Source of the DNA: the human T2T-CHM13v2.0 reference genome, Homo sapiens
Assembly (NCBI RefSeq): GCF_009914755.1
Contig: NC_060925.1
Direction: 5' to 3' (one strand)
Length of the DNA: 64,000 bases
In this document: one piece after another, positions 13,171 to 31,319 of the stretch
Layout of the letters: every line of letters begins with the position of its first letter
How positions within the stretch are numbered: position 1 is the first letter of the stretch
Made by a program: the position numbers and the translations under genes
Notes under the pieces: model-generated
What the model was told of the DNA's origin: nothing
Databases searched by the model: none
What the model saw: only the letters and a program-made list of their open reading frames with translations

Positions 13171-16100
13171 TTTTGTTTTCAATCATTTTTCAATAGGTTA
13201 TCAGTGTTGTGAATGGTTCATGAAAAATGACTTTGGGCTCAGTGAGTAACTGAAATGTTGTTGCCTAATAGTGTGTTTAATATTAATATAATAGTAACAA
13301 ATGTTATTGTTGAGTAATAGTTATTTGGCTTTTCACTGCTTTTCTTTTCTAGTGTTTTAGTCAGAGACTTCTTAAGTCTCCTCAAGTGTGTACACATTTC
13401 TTAAATTTGTTGGAAAGTACCAAATATAAGATATCTTGCATTTTTTTTTTCCTTAGTAAACACTAAATTCCATCACGCAGCAGAAAAAGGGCTCTGTTAT
13501 TGTCGGTACAATGGTTTAATATTCACTTTTATTCCCTGTATTGTAGTTCTGATTTAATTGCTATTTAGAATAAAACTTGTTCCTTATTATATGCATTCAT
13601 AATTATAAAATTTGTGTTTTAATGCCTTCTACACATATACTGTGCTTTTCTTTATTTCCTTATATCTTTTACTGTTTCATGATCCTGGTATGTGAAATCT
13701 CATTAAGTGTTGTTGGGGGATTTGCTGGGAATCTCATCTACATAGTAATGTCTCAAGTTTGTAGCATCTTTAAAACATAATAGGAGATGGAATTCACAAC
13801 AGAGTAATAAGCCTCCCGCTTTAGGCAATATATTTGTGATTGGTATGACTTTGTTCCCAGAGGGCAGTTAGCAACACAATATTATGGCTATGTGTACAAG
13901 GAAAACAAATTTTAAAAATCTCCTTTAAAAAAAACAGTTCCCAATCCTAACCAGTATCATGCACAGAATCCGTTTCCACCTCTTCATATGGAAGCAGCTC
14001 TGGGTGGACATCTAGAAAGTTGGATAACTATTTATCACATATGATCTGCAAAGGGAGAGATTTACAAGAAAGTGTTAAATTTAATCCATAGGAAAGCAAA
14101 ATGAAAAAATCAATGAATTTTCCATTTCTAGTTTTCCCTAGGGGCTCTACTCCCAAGATGGCTTAAATGCGTTAGAATTAAATGACTAGGCACAATTGTT
14201 TGTTAGTGACATAAAAGCAAGGTAAGCATTTCTGCTTTATGAGTCCAAGCACAGGGACACTTGGTTTTCTTTGGAAGGATATCATAAAGGCAATGTTTAT
14301 GAGTAATCCCTCATTGTCTTTTCTTCTATAGCATTCAATGGTATGTACTATAATTTAGAAATGAAAACTACTTAAAGACCACTTGCTAAGTTTCATGTAT
14401 TTCAAATTCTCAGATCCTGAGTGTTTAAATTATGCCTATATTTCTTCATAAAAAAACATAATCTTTGCCAAGTTAGAAAAAGAAAAAGTCATATTCCCAT
14501 TTTTAACTAAATGTAATCAGAAATTTGGACAGTTTTTAGCCTTCAATACATTATGTAATTTGGGTAACAGGCTGAATAAAAGTAAGGAACTTCAGTTAAA
14601 TTCAGAGAGAAGTTAGTAATTATTGCTAAGACTCAAATATATGGAACAAATCTCTGATATTAAGGGTAAGACCCTCAAAAGTGACCCAAAATGTGTAATT
14701 GTGGGATTATTTTGGGAGGAATCATCATAGATTCTTACTGCTATAAATACAGTCAAATGTCAGATAAATATACTCCACTGAAATGTTTTCTAGGAATGAT
14801 GTTGGAACCAATGTTGGTAATTTTGAAAGTCATGGAGAGTGTTTCAGATGATAGAAGTCGGGCAACTATCCCAGGTTTAATAAATAAGCAAATGCTGAGT
14901 TCCAAAAATGCTGTATCAATGAGCCTCATATTGATCCTGAGCACAATTTCAGGAAGGTCCATTAAATGGTTCTTTTGAGAGCACTTAGGATAAAAGGCTG
15001 GCAGCAGGGATTCACTAAGAGCAATGGTGCCAAGCTTGCCTCTTTGACATTGTTATCTGACTGATAAAGGTAGGCTATAGCAGTACACAATACAGATATT
15101 TCCAGGGTAAAGCTGTTGAGCTGCTGTAATTTTCCTTGCCTCTTCACTATCTTCTCCTATAGTTGACTCCCAAGGAAAATATAGTTGACTTTTAATGTAG
15201 AAATGTATGTTAATTGGCAAAAACAAACAAATGAAACCATAAACTATCCTTTAGGCTTCTCTCTGCTCAGTTATTAGATCATATGAATGTGCCCTTAGGA
15301 AACACAGAAGACCCACACTATTACAGAGAAAAATTTCTTATATTCTCTGCTGTTTAATGCTCTTCAAAAGACTTATCATGCTTCACTAATTTGATTACCA
15401 ACTACTTGAACACAGGAACCAATGTGCTTGTTAAAAATTTTGCACATTATGAGGGCATTAACTTTTAAGTATTCGATTGTTAAGACAATGCATATTATCA
15501 TAAACCATAGAAGGCACACTTATTACCTCCTTAAGAACCAGTCTCTATTTCTCTGGTTCATAGAACTCCCAGGTCATAGAGGGATTGGACATTTGTTTCT
15601 TCAATTGGCCCTCTTCAGCCCTAGGATAAATAGTGATTAATCTAAGCCAATGGTTTTCGGCTCTGTCTGACCCAATGCCTCTACTTCATAAGAAATTCTT
15701 CAAAGACCCCTTCACTATTCTAAACTATTAGTGATAACACAATGTATGCATTCAAGTTGTTGAAAATATTAATGTTATGCTGAAGCTAACAAAGGAGAAA
15801 TAATTTACTGTCAATATATAATCCAAAATGTATATAATTGTGCCAGAACATTTACATATCAAATACAATAGAACATAATGAAATTTTCATATCTTCGCCC
15901 ATACCTTGAAACATTGTAAATAAAAAGCCACAAATATAGTTTCATTGAATAACCAAATGCCAAAACTGCCATTTCTATTGTTGACATGATTGATCTGCAT
16001 TGGTAAATGTAATAGATACTTTCTGTTTGCCCCTTGTCCCCTGTTATACTCCCCTATTTACTGGCTTTTGTCCAAGTGGAATGGTCCATATTGAATATCT

Positions 16101-16749
16101 CAATCGGTTCTCTTGCTCATTGCCTTCTATGCATGTTCATGAGATTAAAGGGAAGGAGGAAATGGGATTGGGGGTTATTGCCTAAACTCCCTCTCTGACA
16201 GGTCTCCTTGACCAATCTTTTTCATAAGAAAATTAGTGTTTCCTTGTGTGATCAGGGCAGTTTACTCCCCAGAACTCTGCCTGCCGCTACTAACCCAGAG
16301 ATACTGTGGGGTGTGATTTCTGTGATTCCTTCACCCTTCTCCCCTGACGTTTTCGTAAGTAGTCTCTTTGGAAATAAACCCATGTTAAATTATCTTAGTT
16401 TGTGTGTGTTCTCTTTTTCCTATTGAGACTCTGAAATGAGTATCTAAACGAAAAAATCTACCGTCTTTTCTCATGTACATAGTAGTTTCATTCCTGCAAA
16501 ATTCATGGCATATTAAAACCATGCAAAAGTACTTGGAACTTAAGCAGTTACATTTGGGTTTGTATAACTAAACAAAGCAGGTTATTCACCTTCATTACGT
16601 TAGAAAGTCATTCAGGACATACAGCAATCCTTGATTAGGAGCGGCTATCCCATGTTACTGGACATATGGCATCCCTGTTTTCCAATCCTTAAAGTTTTTC
16701 CTTAAAGTTTCAAAATGCCGTCACTTATTCTTTCCTGCCATTGGATTTT

Positions 16750-17268
<519 letters not shown>

Positions 17269-17373
17269 CAAAAACATTTTAGCCAATAGCACAGCACATT
17301 ATTTCATTTAATTTTTTCAAAAGTTGCCAGTAATTTCAATTAAAAAATATTATATAACATGCTTATTGCAATA

Positions 17374-17718
17374 CAAATGCTTTTCAATGTACAATGGGGT
17401 TAAGTCTTGATAAGCTGATCATAAATTGAAAATAGAGTCAGTAAAAGTATATTTAATACCTAACTTACTGAACATCACAGCTTAGCCTGGCATACCTTTA
17501 ATGTGCTCAGAACACTTACATCAGCTGACAATTGGGCAAAATCACTGAACACAAAACACACTTTATAATAATGTATTGGATATTTTATGTAATTTGTTGA
17601 ATATTGTACTGAAAGTGAAAAGCAGAATAGTTATATTCTATTCAAAGCTATCACTTTTACTTCATCATAAAGTAAAAAAAAATAATAAATTGAACCATTA
17701 TAAGTTGTTGACCATCTG
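17374..17718 (+). mobile_element. MER47A/Tigger5-type TcMar MITE
   Basis: Starts TA|CAAATGC, ends 'gaccatctg'. Internal 'tactgaacatcacagcttagcct...gtgctcagaacacttaca...ttgggcaaaatca'. Confidence 0.8.
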
Positions 17719-17830
17719 TGTATATGTATGTGTGTGTATCTATATAAATATGTATGTTTATATATATATTTGTGTGCGTATATATCCTCGGTGTGTGTGT
17801 ATGTTTGTGTGAGTGTGTGTGTGTGTATGA
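17719..17830. repeat. Compound (TG)n/(TA)n simple repeat
   Basis: Alternating TG and TA runs abutting the Tigger end. Confidence 0.85.
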
Positions 17831-19174
17831 AATTGTAGAAAAGTAATATTTCTTATCTTATAGATATAGCATGTTAGCATGTTGGTACCTATCTTCCTGA
17901 GATGTGAAATTTTACATGGATAGATGTGTACATTTACAGTTGTACACAAAGAGAAACATATTCTGTAGGCTCCTTGTTTTTCTGCAGTTTCATTCGACAC
18001 TATCTGGTTTATATGGATGATTACATATATAATGTTAGGATGAAGGTTCTTCTCTATAACTTTGAAACTTCATTATCAACCCTTGGTATATTCTTAGAGT
18101 AGGATTTGATTTTAGAATTAAGATCCTTGTTTCAGGACTCTAGACTGTTAACACACAGAGCCAATAATTATTCAGAATGGTTGGGTTAGTTCACATTCCC
18201 ACAGATGAGACATCAAAAGTCCAGGCTGCACAGCCTCATTAACACTAGATTTTCTGGACATTTTATATAGTATTTCATCTGATATAAAAAGTAGAATTCT
18301 AATTTAATTATGGTTGTTATTTTATTTTTACCTTTTTAGTCATTATGAAAATGTTTAACTATATGAAAAGCCAGAAAAGGGTTTTTTTTTACGGTAGTAC
18401 TTCAGAAGTATTTGTGATGCTTAATTTTTAAAAATTAACTCTAAAAGAATCTTGAAATGTCTGTTTAATAAAATAGGACATAAATACTGGCCACATTAGT
18501 GAAAAAATATTTGTTTAAAATTAAAATATCTGCAGCAATCCTGTAGATATTAATAATTTTTTAAAGAATGACATCTTCAAAATATAACTGTTCTAAACTA
18601 ATATGTCTCTATTAATACATATAGATACATATATCTAAACAAATCTGAAGACTACAAATTCCAGGTACAATATAATTTTTTTTCTATCCTGTGATTTGTC
18701 ATTCAGGAATTTGTAATTTGAGCAGAAATATGTTGCCCTAACCACATGTCTGTCTTTTCTCTTACCTAAAAAATGTTATTTTATGTAAAATTGTTTTAAA
18801 GGTCAGTTTGCATGTTTGAAAAGCATCTTGTACAATGTTACATAATATATTGCATATTTGGTTACATTGTTTTAACTGTGTAAATATGGTTTAAATCTGT
18901 GATGCTCTTTAGTGCTGATCATGATGCAAATCAAATTTATCTGTATAAAAGGCTCCTGTTAATTTTTTTATTATACTTTAAGTTTTAGGGTACATGTGCA
19001 CAACGTGCAGATTTGCTACATATGTATACATGTGCCATGTTGGTGTGCTGCACCCATTAACTCGTCATTTAACATGAGGTATATCTTCTAATGCTATCCC
19101 TATCCCCTCCCCCAACCCCACAACAGTCCCTGGTGTGTGATGTTCCCCTTTCTGTATCCATGTTTTCTCATTGT

Positions 19175-22988
<3,814 letters not shown>

Positions 22989-23051
22989 TATGATGTTAAC
23001 TGGTTATTTTCCTCGTTAGTTGACGCAGTTTCTTCCTAGCCGTGATGGTCT

Positions 23052-24068
23052 TTACAATTTGGCATGTTTTTACAGTGGCTGGTACCAGTTGTTCCTTTCC
23101 ATGTTTAGTGCTTCCTTCAAGAGCTCTTTTAGGACAGGCCTGGTGGTGACAAAGTCTCTCAGCATTTGCTTGTCTGTGGAGTATATTATTTCTCCTTCAC
23201 TCATGAAGCTTAGTTTGGCTGGATATGAAATTCTGGGTTGAAAATTCTTTCCTTTAAGAATGTTGAATATTGGCCCCTACTCTCTTCTGACTTGTAGAGT
23301 TTCTGCGGAGAGATCAGCAGTTAGTCTGATGGGCTTCCTTTTGTGGGTAACCCGACCTTTCTCTCTGGCTGCCTTAAAATTTTTTCCTTCATTTCAACTT
23401 TGGTGAATCTGACAATTATGTGTCTTGGAGTTGTGCTTCTCGAGGAGTATCTTTGTGGCATTCTCTGTATTTCCTGAATTTGTATGTTGGCCTGCCTTGC
23501 TAGATTGGGGAAGTTCTCTTGGATAATATCCTGCAGAGTGTTTTCCAACTTGGTTCCATTCTCCCCGTCACTTTCAGGTAAACCAAATAGACGTAGATTT
23601 GGTCTTTTGACATAGTCCCATATTTCTTGGAAGCTTTGTTGATTTCTTTTTATTCTTTTCTCTCTAAACTTCTCTTCATGCTTCATTTCATTCATTTCAT
23701 CTTCCATCGCTGATACCCTTTCTTCCAGTTGATCACATCGGTTACTGAGGCTTATGCACTTGTCTTGAAGTTCTCGTGCCATGGTTTTCAGCTCCATCAG
23801 GTCCTTTAAGGACTTCTCCACATTGGTTATTCTAGTTATCCATTTGTCTAATATTTTTATTCAAAGTTTTTAACTTCTTTGTCATTGGTTCGAACTTCCT
23901 CCTTTAGCTCGGAGTACTTTGATCTTCTGAAGCCCTCCTCTCTCAACTCGTCAAAGTCATTCTCCGTCCAGCTTTGTTCCATTGCTGGTGAGGAGCTGCA
24001 TTCCTTTGGAGGAGGAGAGGCACTCTGAGTTTTAGAGTTTCCGGTTTTTCTGCTCTGTTTTTCCCCAT
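23052..24068 (-). pseudogene. L1 ORF1 (RNA-binding protein), disrupted
   Basis: ATG at 24,068 (ATGGGGAAAAAACAGAGC). Fragment 'LKDLMELKTMARELQ...EIWDYVKRPNLRL...LENTLQDIIQENFPNLARQANIQIQEIQR'; canonical end GCCAAATTGTAA at 23,052. Confidence 0.93.
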
Positions 24069-24069
24069 C

Positions 24070-25085
24070 TTTGTGGTTTTATCTACCTTTGGTCCTTGAT
24101 GATGGTGACATACAGATGGGGTTTTGATGTGGATGTCCTTTCTTTTTGTTAGTTTTCCTTCTAACAGTCAGGACCCTCAGCTGCAGGTCTGTTGGAGTTT
24201 ACTAGAGGTCTACTGCAGACACTATTTGCCTGGGTATCAGCAGTGGTGGCTGCAGAACTGTGGATATTGGTGAACTGCAAATGCTGCTGCCTGATTGTTC
24301 CTCTGGAAGTTTTGTCTCAGAGGGGTACCCAGCCATGTGAGGTGTCAGTCTGCGCCTACTGGGGGATGCCTCCCAGTTAGGCTACTCGGGGGTCAGGGAC
24401 CAACTAGGGGGGGTTGTCTGCCGTTCTCAGATCTCAAGCTGCATGCTGGGAGAACCACTACTCTCTTCAAAGCTGTCAGACAGGGACATTTAAGTCTGCA
24501 GAGGTTATTGCTGTCTTTTGTTTGTCTGTGCCCTGCCCCCAGAGATGGAGCCTACAGAGGCAGGCTGGCCTCCTTGAGCTCTGGTGGGCTCCACCCAGTT
24601 CGAACTTCCCAGCTGCTTTGTTTACTTACTCAAGCCTGAGCAATGGCGGGCGCCCCTCCCCCAGCCCCACTGTTACCTTGCAGTTTGATCTTAGACTGCT
24701 GTGCTAGCAAACAGTGAGGCTCCGTGGGTGTAGGACCCTCCAAACCATGTGCGGGATGTAATCTCCTGGTGTGCCATTTGATAAGCCTGTTGGAAAAGTG
24801 CAGTATTAGGGTGGGAGTGACCTGATTTTCCAGGTGCCATCTGTCACCCCTTTCTTTCTTTGACTAGGAAAGAGAATTCCCTGACCCCTAGAGCTTCCCA
24901 GGTGAGGTGATGCCTTGCCCTGCTTTGGCTCATGCATGGTGCGCTGCACCCACTGTCCAGCACTCCCCAGTGAGATGAACCTTGTACCTCAGTTGGAAAT
25001 GCAGAAATCACCCGTCTTCTGCATCACACACGCTGGGAGCTGTAGACTGGAGCTGTTCCTATTTGGCCATCTTGGCTCCACCCTC
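24070..25085 (-). promoter_or_regulatory. L1 5'UTR internal promoter with YY1 site, antisense promoter and the 129-bp ZNF93-bound segment
   Basis: YY1 core CAAGATGGCC intact at 25,065-25,074. A 129-bp block (24,197-24,325) sits between 'gtctgttgga' and 'taccc'. Many CpGs have decayed, so activity is unknown. Confidence 0.75.
24643..24717 (+). pseudogene. L1 ORF0 (antisense ORF), truncated at 24 aa
   Basis: ATGGCGGGCGCCCCTCCCCCAGCC... translates to MAGAPPPAPLLPCSLILDCCASKQ*; the TGA lies where intact ORF0 continues with Arg (likely CpG decay). Confidence 0.75.
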
Positions 25086-26444
25086 TAATTTATGACATTC
25101 AAAAGATTAGATACATTTACCCTCTTCTGAATTTTAATTGCTGATGGAAAGATTGTGAAATCTCAAGAGGATAATGAATCAGCTTCTGATTATATTCTGG
25201 AATTACAATTTGATCACCCATCCAAGAATGCGTATTCACTTTCCTTTACATTACACGCATGCATAATACCATGCTGAGTGATGCTGGAAAAAGTGAGTCT
25301 TCAGTAATGCCCTCATGAAATTACAGTCTCACTACACCGAGGTATTTTCTTTTTAACCCTTTCTTTCTTTTCTGCTGTGAATATGTGCCTTCTAAGAGGT
25401 GAACGACTGGGAAAAACTGAAAAAGAACCTTCATCTAATTCAGTAACTAGCTTTTGTATCTTCTAACAATCTTTATCTCCAGAAAGCTCTAATTTTCATT
25501 CCTTTACAAGCTTTATTTCTCTCTCCTTTCCAAAACCAGACTTTGCTCTGTTTGTTTTCTATACCTTTTTAGAGATGCCTACAATAGATAAAAACTATGA
25601 CATATTCAATACATCTGAAAAGTTTGCATTGCCATAGATAAGAATGAATTATCTGTTTATAAAGAAAAAAACAATAAAAATATGAACCAAGAAGGCACAG
25701 AAGGTAGTAACCACATTTAGATGTTTATCGTGGAATCATCTTTATAATCCATCTGTTACAATTCCACAGAGCAAATTACAAGTAATTGTGAAGTTTCCCC
25801 TCATTTTATACGTTTGGTCTTATAAGGCATACAACACAAATTTTAATTACTTTTATTTTTGGTATTTGGATCTTAATTTGGTCAAGTCGCCACTGGGTAG
25901 ATGATGGAGCCTCTTGAGGCATACAGTCTTCTTCTAGCTTTCTTGATGTGAATATTACTGTGTATTTTTCATTCACTTATTATTTTACAAGGCATGCTTC
26001 ATTAAAAATATGTCAGCATCTCATTGACAAATCACAAAATTTTAAAGGCACAAGAAAAAAAACAATTTATTTAAAACATTCCTGTGTAAAAGTAGTCACC
26101 ACTCTTACTATTCTTCAAATATTTTTATTATATTTAAACGCAAGCCTAGTTTTATCTCGAGTGTCTGACCTTGATGATATTGTATACTTTAAACTTAGAA
26201 AAATTGAACTTTATTGGAAATTTCCTACAGATCAGCTTTTCTAGATGCCAAGCGCCTTGTTTCAGCCATGGTGATGACAGCAAATTGGGTTCTCAGGGAT
26301 TCTGGCCTCTGGCATCATCTCAGTTGTTTATAATTGAAGTTGGCTCTGATGAGAACTCAGCTTAGATGCATGGTTGGACTGCTGGGCTTAAGGCTGGCCT
26401 GCCAGGAGGTTGCGTTGAAGTGTAACTAGGCAAAGAAAGAAGGA

Positions 26445-26898
26445 GTTTATTGAGGCACTACTGACAATAGGAAAGACTTGGAACCAACCCAAATGTCCAA
26501 CAATGATAGACTGGATTAAGAAAATGTGGCACATATACAGCATGGAATACTATGCAGCCATAAAAATGATGAGTTCATGTCCTTTGTAGGGACATGGATG
26601 AAGCTGGAAACCATCATTCTCAGCAAACTATCACAAGGACAAAAAAACAAACCCCGCATGTTCTCACTCATAGGTGGGAATTAAACAATGAGAACACATG
26701 GACACAGGCAGGGGAACAGCACACACTGGGGCCTGTTGTGGGGTGAGGGGCTAGGGGAGGGAAAGCATTAGGATATATACCTAATGTAAATGACGAGTTA
26801 ATGGGTGCAGCACACCAACTTGTCACATGTATACATATGAAACGAACCTGCACGTTGTGCACATATACCCTAGAACTTAAAGTATAACCAAAAAAAAA
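26445..26898 (+). mobile_element. L1PA5-like 3' end (5'-truncated, ~450 bp)
   Basis: 'aaagacttggaaccaacccaaatgtcc...cctaatgtaaatgacgag...tagaacttaaagtataa' plus A-tail. Candidate TSD aaagaagg(a/g)gt. The 5' boundary could be 26,445 or ~26,472. Confidence 0.9.
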
Positions 26899-27559
26899 GA
26901 AGGGGTAGGGCAAAATTACCAACAATCTTCAACTATGAATTTTTATGAGTAGGGGCTTCCCACACAATCAGGCACTCCAAGTTGGAGAAACAGGGGATGT
27001 TGAATTGAAAGTTTAATTTTTTAGGCTTGATAGTCAGATTAGGGAAGTTTTGGGTACACCTTTCCCACTCTAGAGCCCTCTCCCTAACTCAGGGCCAATT
27101 TGGGACATGGGCTCAATGGAATAGAGTGGCAAGATCAATTAGAAATATCCATCATGAACATAGGAGGCAGGCATTCTGGCCAAGGGGTGCGTCTTCCCAC
27201 TTTGTAATCCAGAGTGCGATTTCTTCTTGCTATCTGTCCCTCCATAAATAAGCGTTGGGTGAAGGACAAGCTAGTTACAATTGAGGATGGAATGAGATTC
27301 TAGCAGAATTGCAAAATGAACTGAAAGCCACGAAACTGTTCCTCTGTGAACCAGCAGAGAGATCTGTGGAAGGCAAAGGAATAGGAGCCAAGAGGCCAGA
27401 TAACATTCCTGCTTCCCCTACATTGTGAGAGTGAAATTGTCAGCAACCTATATCAGTAATTAACCAGAGACTTTTTAGAGTGTAAGACTTCTGATAGATA
27501 CCTCAATAGCTGAAGTTGCTCTTCAGTACTGCACATAACCTGTGGACAGATTTTCATCA

Positions 27560-27700
27560 TTATTAATTCATTTATTCAACAGATAGATATTAAATTCAAG
27601 GCATAGTTCTAAACTATGCAGTCAATTACAAAAAAAATAATGAAGGGCATTAGCTCTGCTTCATAGGACGTTAAAACTCTAGCGCAAAGTGAGACAAATA
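27560..27700 (-). mobile_element. L2 3' end fragment
   Basis: 'attaattcatttattcaacagata...aaggcatagttcta...ctctgcttcatagga' resembles the antisense L2 tail. Confidence 0.5.
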
Positions 27701-28500
27701 GGGTTCCCACATCAAGTGCCTGGGCTCCTGTTATAACCTGGACTCTGCTTCCATTGGCTTATCTTGTTTCTGTTTTGGTAAACCCATCATTTGTCTTAGT
27801 CCCTATCCTTGCCATGCTCACCCACCAGTAAGTGGGCCTCCTTGACCATAACTACAGGCATAGATCTTTGATTGTTTCTTTTCAAATGTTTGCTTACTTT
27901 AGAGCTGCAGTCAAATGTTGTTTGGACCATAAGACTCTGAGGCTGTGTGTGGTTGAAACTGTCTTGAGACTCAAAGAGCTATTGAGGAAGGGATTTGGTA
28001 GCTGAACTCATTTGAAGATTTTCTCTGTCTCTCACACATCTGGGGCTGAATAGCTTAACGTTTAATTTCTACATCGATGATAGTTTAATAGCCATTCATG
28101 CAAATCAGTTCTGCTGTGAGTTATTTTCCTACTCCAATAACAAGTAACACATTCCTTAAATTTAGTGTACGTATAAATTCTACATGGTAAGTGAAGCTGT
28201 CTTTATGAATTGCTGCTATAGAATATACTAGATTGTGTAGGTTTTAGTACAATCCAGGTAATTATCATGCCTTTGTAATATTTTCAGGAAAGTGATCCTT
28301 TCACTTCGGTTTATGGAACTTGAAAATTTTTCAGTTGCCACCCACTAGTTAGATCATAAACTTAATTCTATGTATCTGAATTTGTTTTTCTATTTATAAA
28401 TTTATCTGGATGCTTTCTCAAAGGTTTCTCAGATTAAAAACCTATGGCTTTGTAAAATTAAAACAGAAGTAATAGGAATTGTGTTAAAAAACAGAATCAG

Positions 28501-28814
28501 GCCAAGCCTTGTGGCTTATGCCTGTAATGCCAACACTTAGGGAGGCTGAGGCAGGAGGATCACTTGAGGTCAGGAGTTCAAGACCAGCCTGGGCAACATG
28601 GCAAAACCCCACCTGTATTAAAAAATACACAAATTAGCTGGGCGTGGTGGTGAATGCCTTTAGTCGTAGCTACTCAGGAGGCTAAGGCAGGAGAATAGCT
28701 TGAACCTGGGAGGCTGAGATTGCAGTGAGCCAAGATAGAGCCACTGCATTCCAGCCTGGGTGACAGAGTGAGATCCTGTCTTAAAAAAAGAAAAAAAGAA
28801 AAGAAAAAGAAAAA
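28501..28814 (+). mobile_element. Alu (AluJb/Sz-like), full length
   Basis: Both arms with 'ggaggatcacttgagg' and 'gagatcctgtct'; A/G-rich tail; TSD aaaaaac(c)agaatca on both sides. Confidence 0.93.
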
Positions 28815-28937
28815 ACCAGAATCATACAATGAGAGAGATTGCATAGCCCTTTTAATTGTCCATAATGGATACATTTCTTTTTCTGTGTAATAGTTTATCA
28901 GCATGAAAAAAAGAGTCACTGAACACTGATAATTTTC

Positions 28938-29227
28938 TTTCTCTCTCTATCTCCCTTTTTTTTTCCTTTTTTTGGAGATGAAGTCTCACTCTGTTGCCCA
29001 GGCTGGAGTGCAATGGCAACATCTCTGTTCACTGAAACCTTCACATCCTGGATTCAGGCGATTTTCCTGCCTCAGCCTCCCAAGTAGCTGGGATTCCAGG
29101 TGCATCCCGTCATGCCTGGATAAGTTTTTGTATTTTCAGTAGAGACGGGGTTTCATCATGTTGACCAGGCTGGTCTCAAACTCCTGACCTCAAATGATCT
29201 GCCCACCTTAGCCTCCCAAATTACTGG
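28938..29227 (-). mobile_element. AluS, lacking ~30 bp at its 5' end
   Basis: T/C-rich tail, both arms up to 'gcctcccaaattactgg'; TSD tgat(a/g)attttc at 28,927-28,937 and 29,228-29,238. Confidence 0.92.
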
Positions 29228-31319
29228 TGATGATTTTCATTTAATGGTGTTCTACAAAGTGAGTTTAGGCAGTGAAAGGGCACATGTCATCTATAGTTTA
29301 CCAGAAAGTAGTACTGGTCACCAGCGTTGAAGCATACTCCTAACCCTGGAAAATTTCTTCAGCAGCCAGAATTAATCTCAGATTTTGAGACTGGAGCAAA
29401 GACTAATTTGGTATGTGTTCACTCAGATTAGTAAATCTCCATGGTGTTCGAACTGTATAATATCAAATCTAAAATAAGTCAAGAGAGTTGGACAATATCT
29501 CATCTCTGAGAAAAAAAATGCATTATTTTCAAGAGATTTAAGACTGAATTTAAAATCCAACTGCCTATTCCAGTGTATGTTTCTCTAGAATAAGGCCAAG
29601 CCCTACAAATTCTGGATAGTGTCCTCCAAGTTGTGTTTAAGTGATAATTGATAAATCTATGGTTTAGATACATATAGAATTCCATATAACTCTAGCTCCA
29701 GCCTTTGTGAGTAAAAATTGGCAGTGATCATGGCCTTAATGGAGGCATGTGGTTAATTGGAATTTTCAGTACCAAAAGTCTTCTTCTTACTAGTTTATCA
29801 GGGTACCCTATAATAGTATCCATAACTCATTGCCCACTTGTCTGTTTTGATTTCTTTTTTAAAAAGACAATTTTAAACTTAGAGGTTTTGTACCACAAGT
29901 CACATATGTGGCACATTTATAAAATAATAATGCCTTTGCATATTTTTCCTTTGATATTTTAGCTGTATATCCAAGCCATTTATGTTTTTTAATTGCCACA
30001 AATATTGCACTGAAATAGAGCACTAGTTGCAAAAATGCCTGGTATAACATTTCTTCTTGTTCTTGAAAGTTATTTTAATACCCCATGTTTAAGATATTCC
30101 TAGACAACTATGTGTAACTATAATTATTTCTGCTAGGTAGAAACATCTTTGTGGTCAACATTTGTGAAGCGCCTTGTAAATAAAAATATGCTTGAGTAGA
30201 AATAGTATTTTGCAAATATAGACCTAAATAGAGCTACTGATTTTACCAAGAATTAAAGACTCCAAACTCTGTCTTTGTCTTTCAAATTTGGTTTATAGGA
30301 ACATCTCATTACAATGAGCCAGAAGCCTATCTGATCATTAATGAGATAATTTTGACACTTCCAAATGACTCAGCTAATTTTTAGTAGGTTTTTGAAGTAC
30401 AAATTACATGTTTCTGTTTAAATAATGACAGTAAAATATGGACACTATCTATTCACACTCTATATACACAACTAACTCCAACTTGTCTCTAGAATAAAAG
30501 TCTAATTTTTCAGGTCTCATCCACAAAATGAAATGTTAATAAGCTGTATCTTTATTCTCCCTTTTAAGTAATTTCTTCTTAACCATTGTATAACACTACT
30601 ACAGTTTGTATGGAGATAAAATAACTCATGGTGAGAAATCCAGTTCTTTAAATAAATCATTTTATCTTCAATCACTTTTAGGATATCTATGGTTTTAGAG
30701 TAAGGATGAAAATTTATAAACATTTGTTAAATTATGCAACTGTTTTTGAAGATGTTTCAAAATTACATTTTCCTTATTTTACAACTAGTTTTCATGTATT
30801 CACAAATGAGACACATGAGAATTATTAATGCAAAAGCACAGCATATCAACAAAGTTTATAATGTAAATAGTTTAGTTAGGAAAGAATGTAATGAGTGAAT
30901 TATCAAAGCTATTTTATTGGTTCCTAGATATGCCATAGAAGAAAATAAAGCACCCTTATAAAAATTTCTCAGCACTGAGTCCATTTAAGGTCTATTTGGT
31001 ATGCCGTAAGTTCTACAAAATGTTATTGCCGGTAAAAATAGGGTGCCTATCTAAAATTGTCTTTTTAAAGGTTGTCTCTTATTCTTCTTCCCTTCCTATA
31101 TGTGCACAGAATACTGTCATCGTCTTGATTGGAACACTGTCTCTCTTTCTCAGAGGGTGTACATTTGTAGAAGGCAGAAAATATTTGTTAATTTTGCTTC
31201 CTATAAGATAAGGTCTCAATGGTTGAAGGGCAGTTAACTAACTTTGTTTTTTGTCTTCATACTATTATCTTGGAATTACCAACTGGCTTCTACTTAGATT
31301 TTGAATAATGAAAGAAAAG

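Noticed and set aside
14691-14978. Overlapping 95-aa (+) and 69-aa (-) ORFs in non-repeat sequence
   Set aside because: No recognisable domain or convincing exon boundaries; lengths are within chance expectation.
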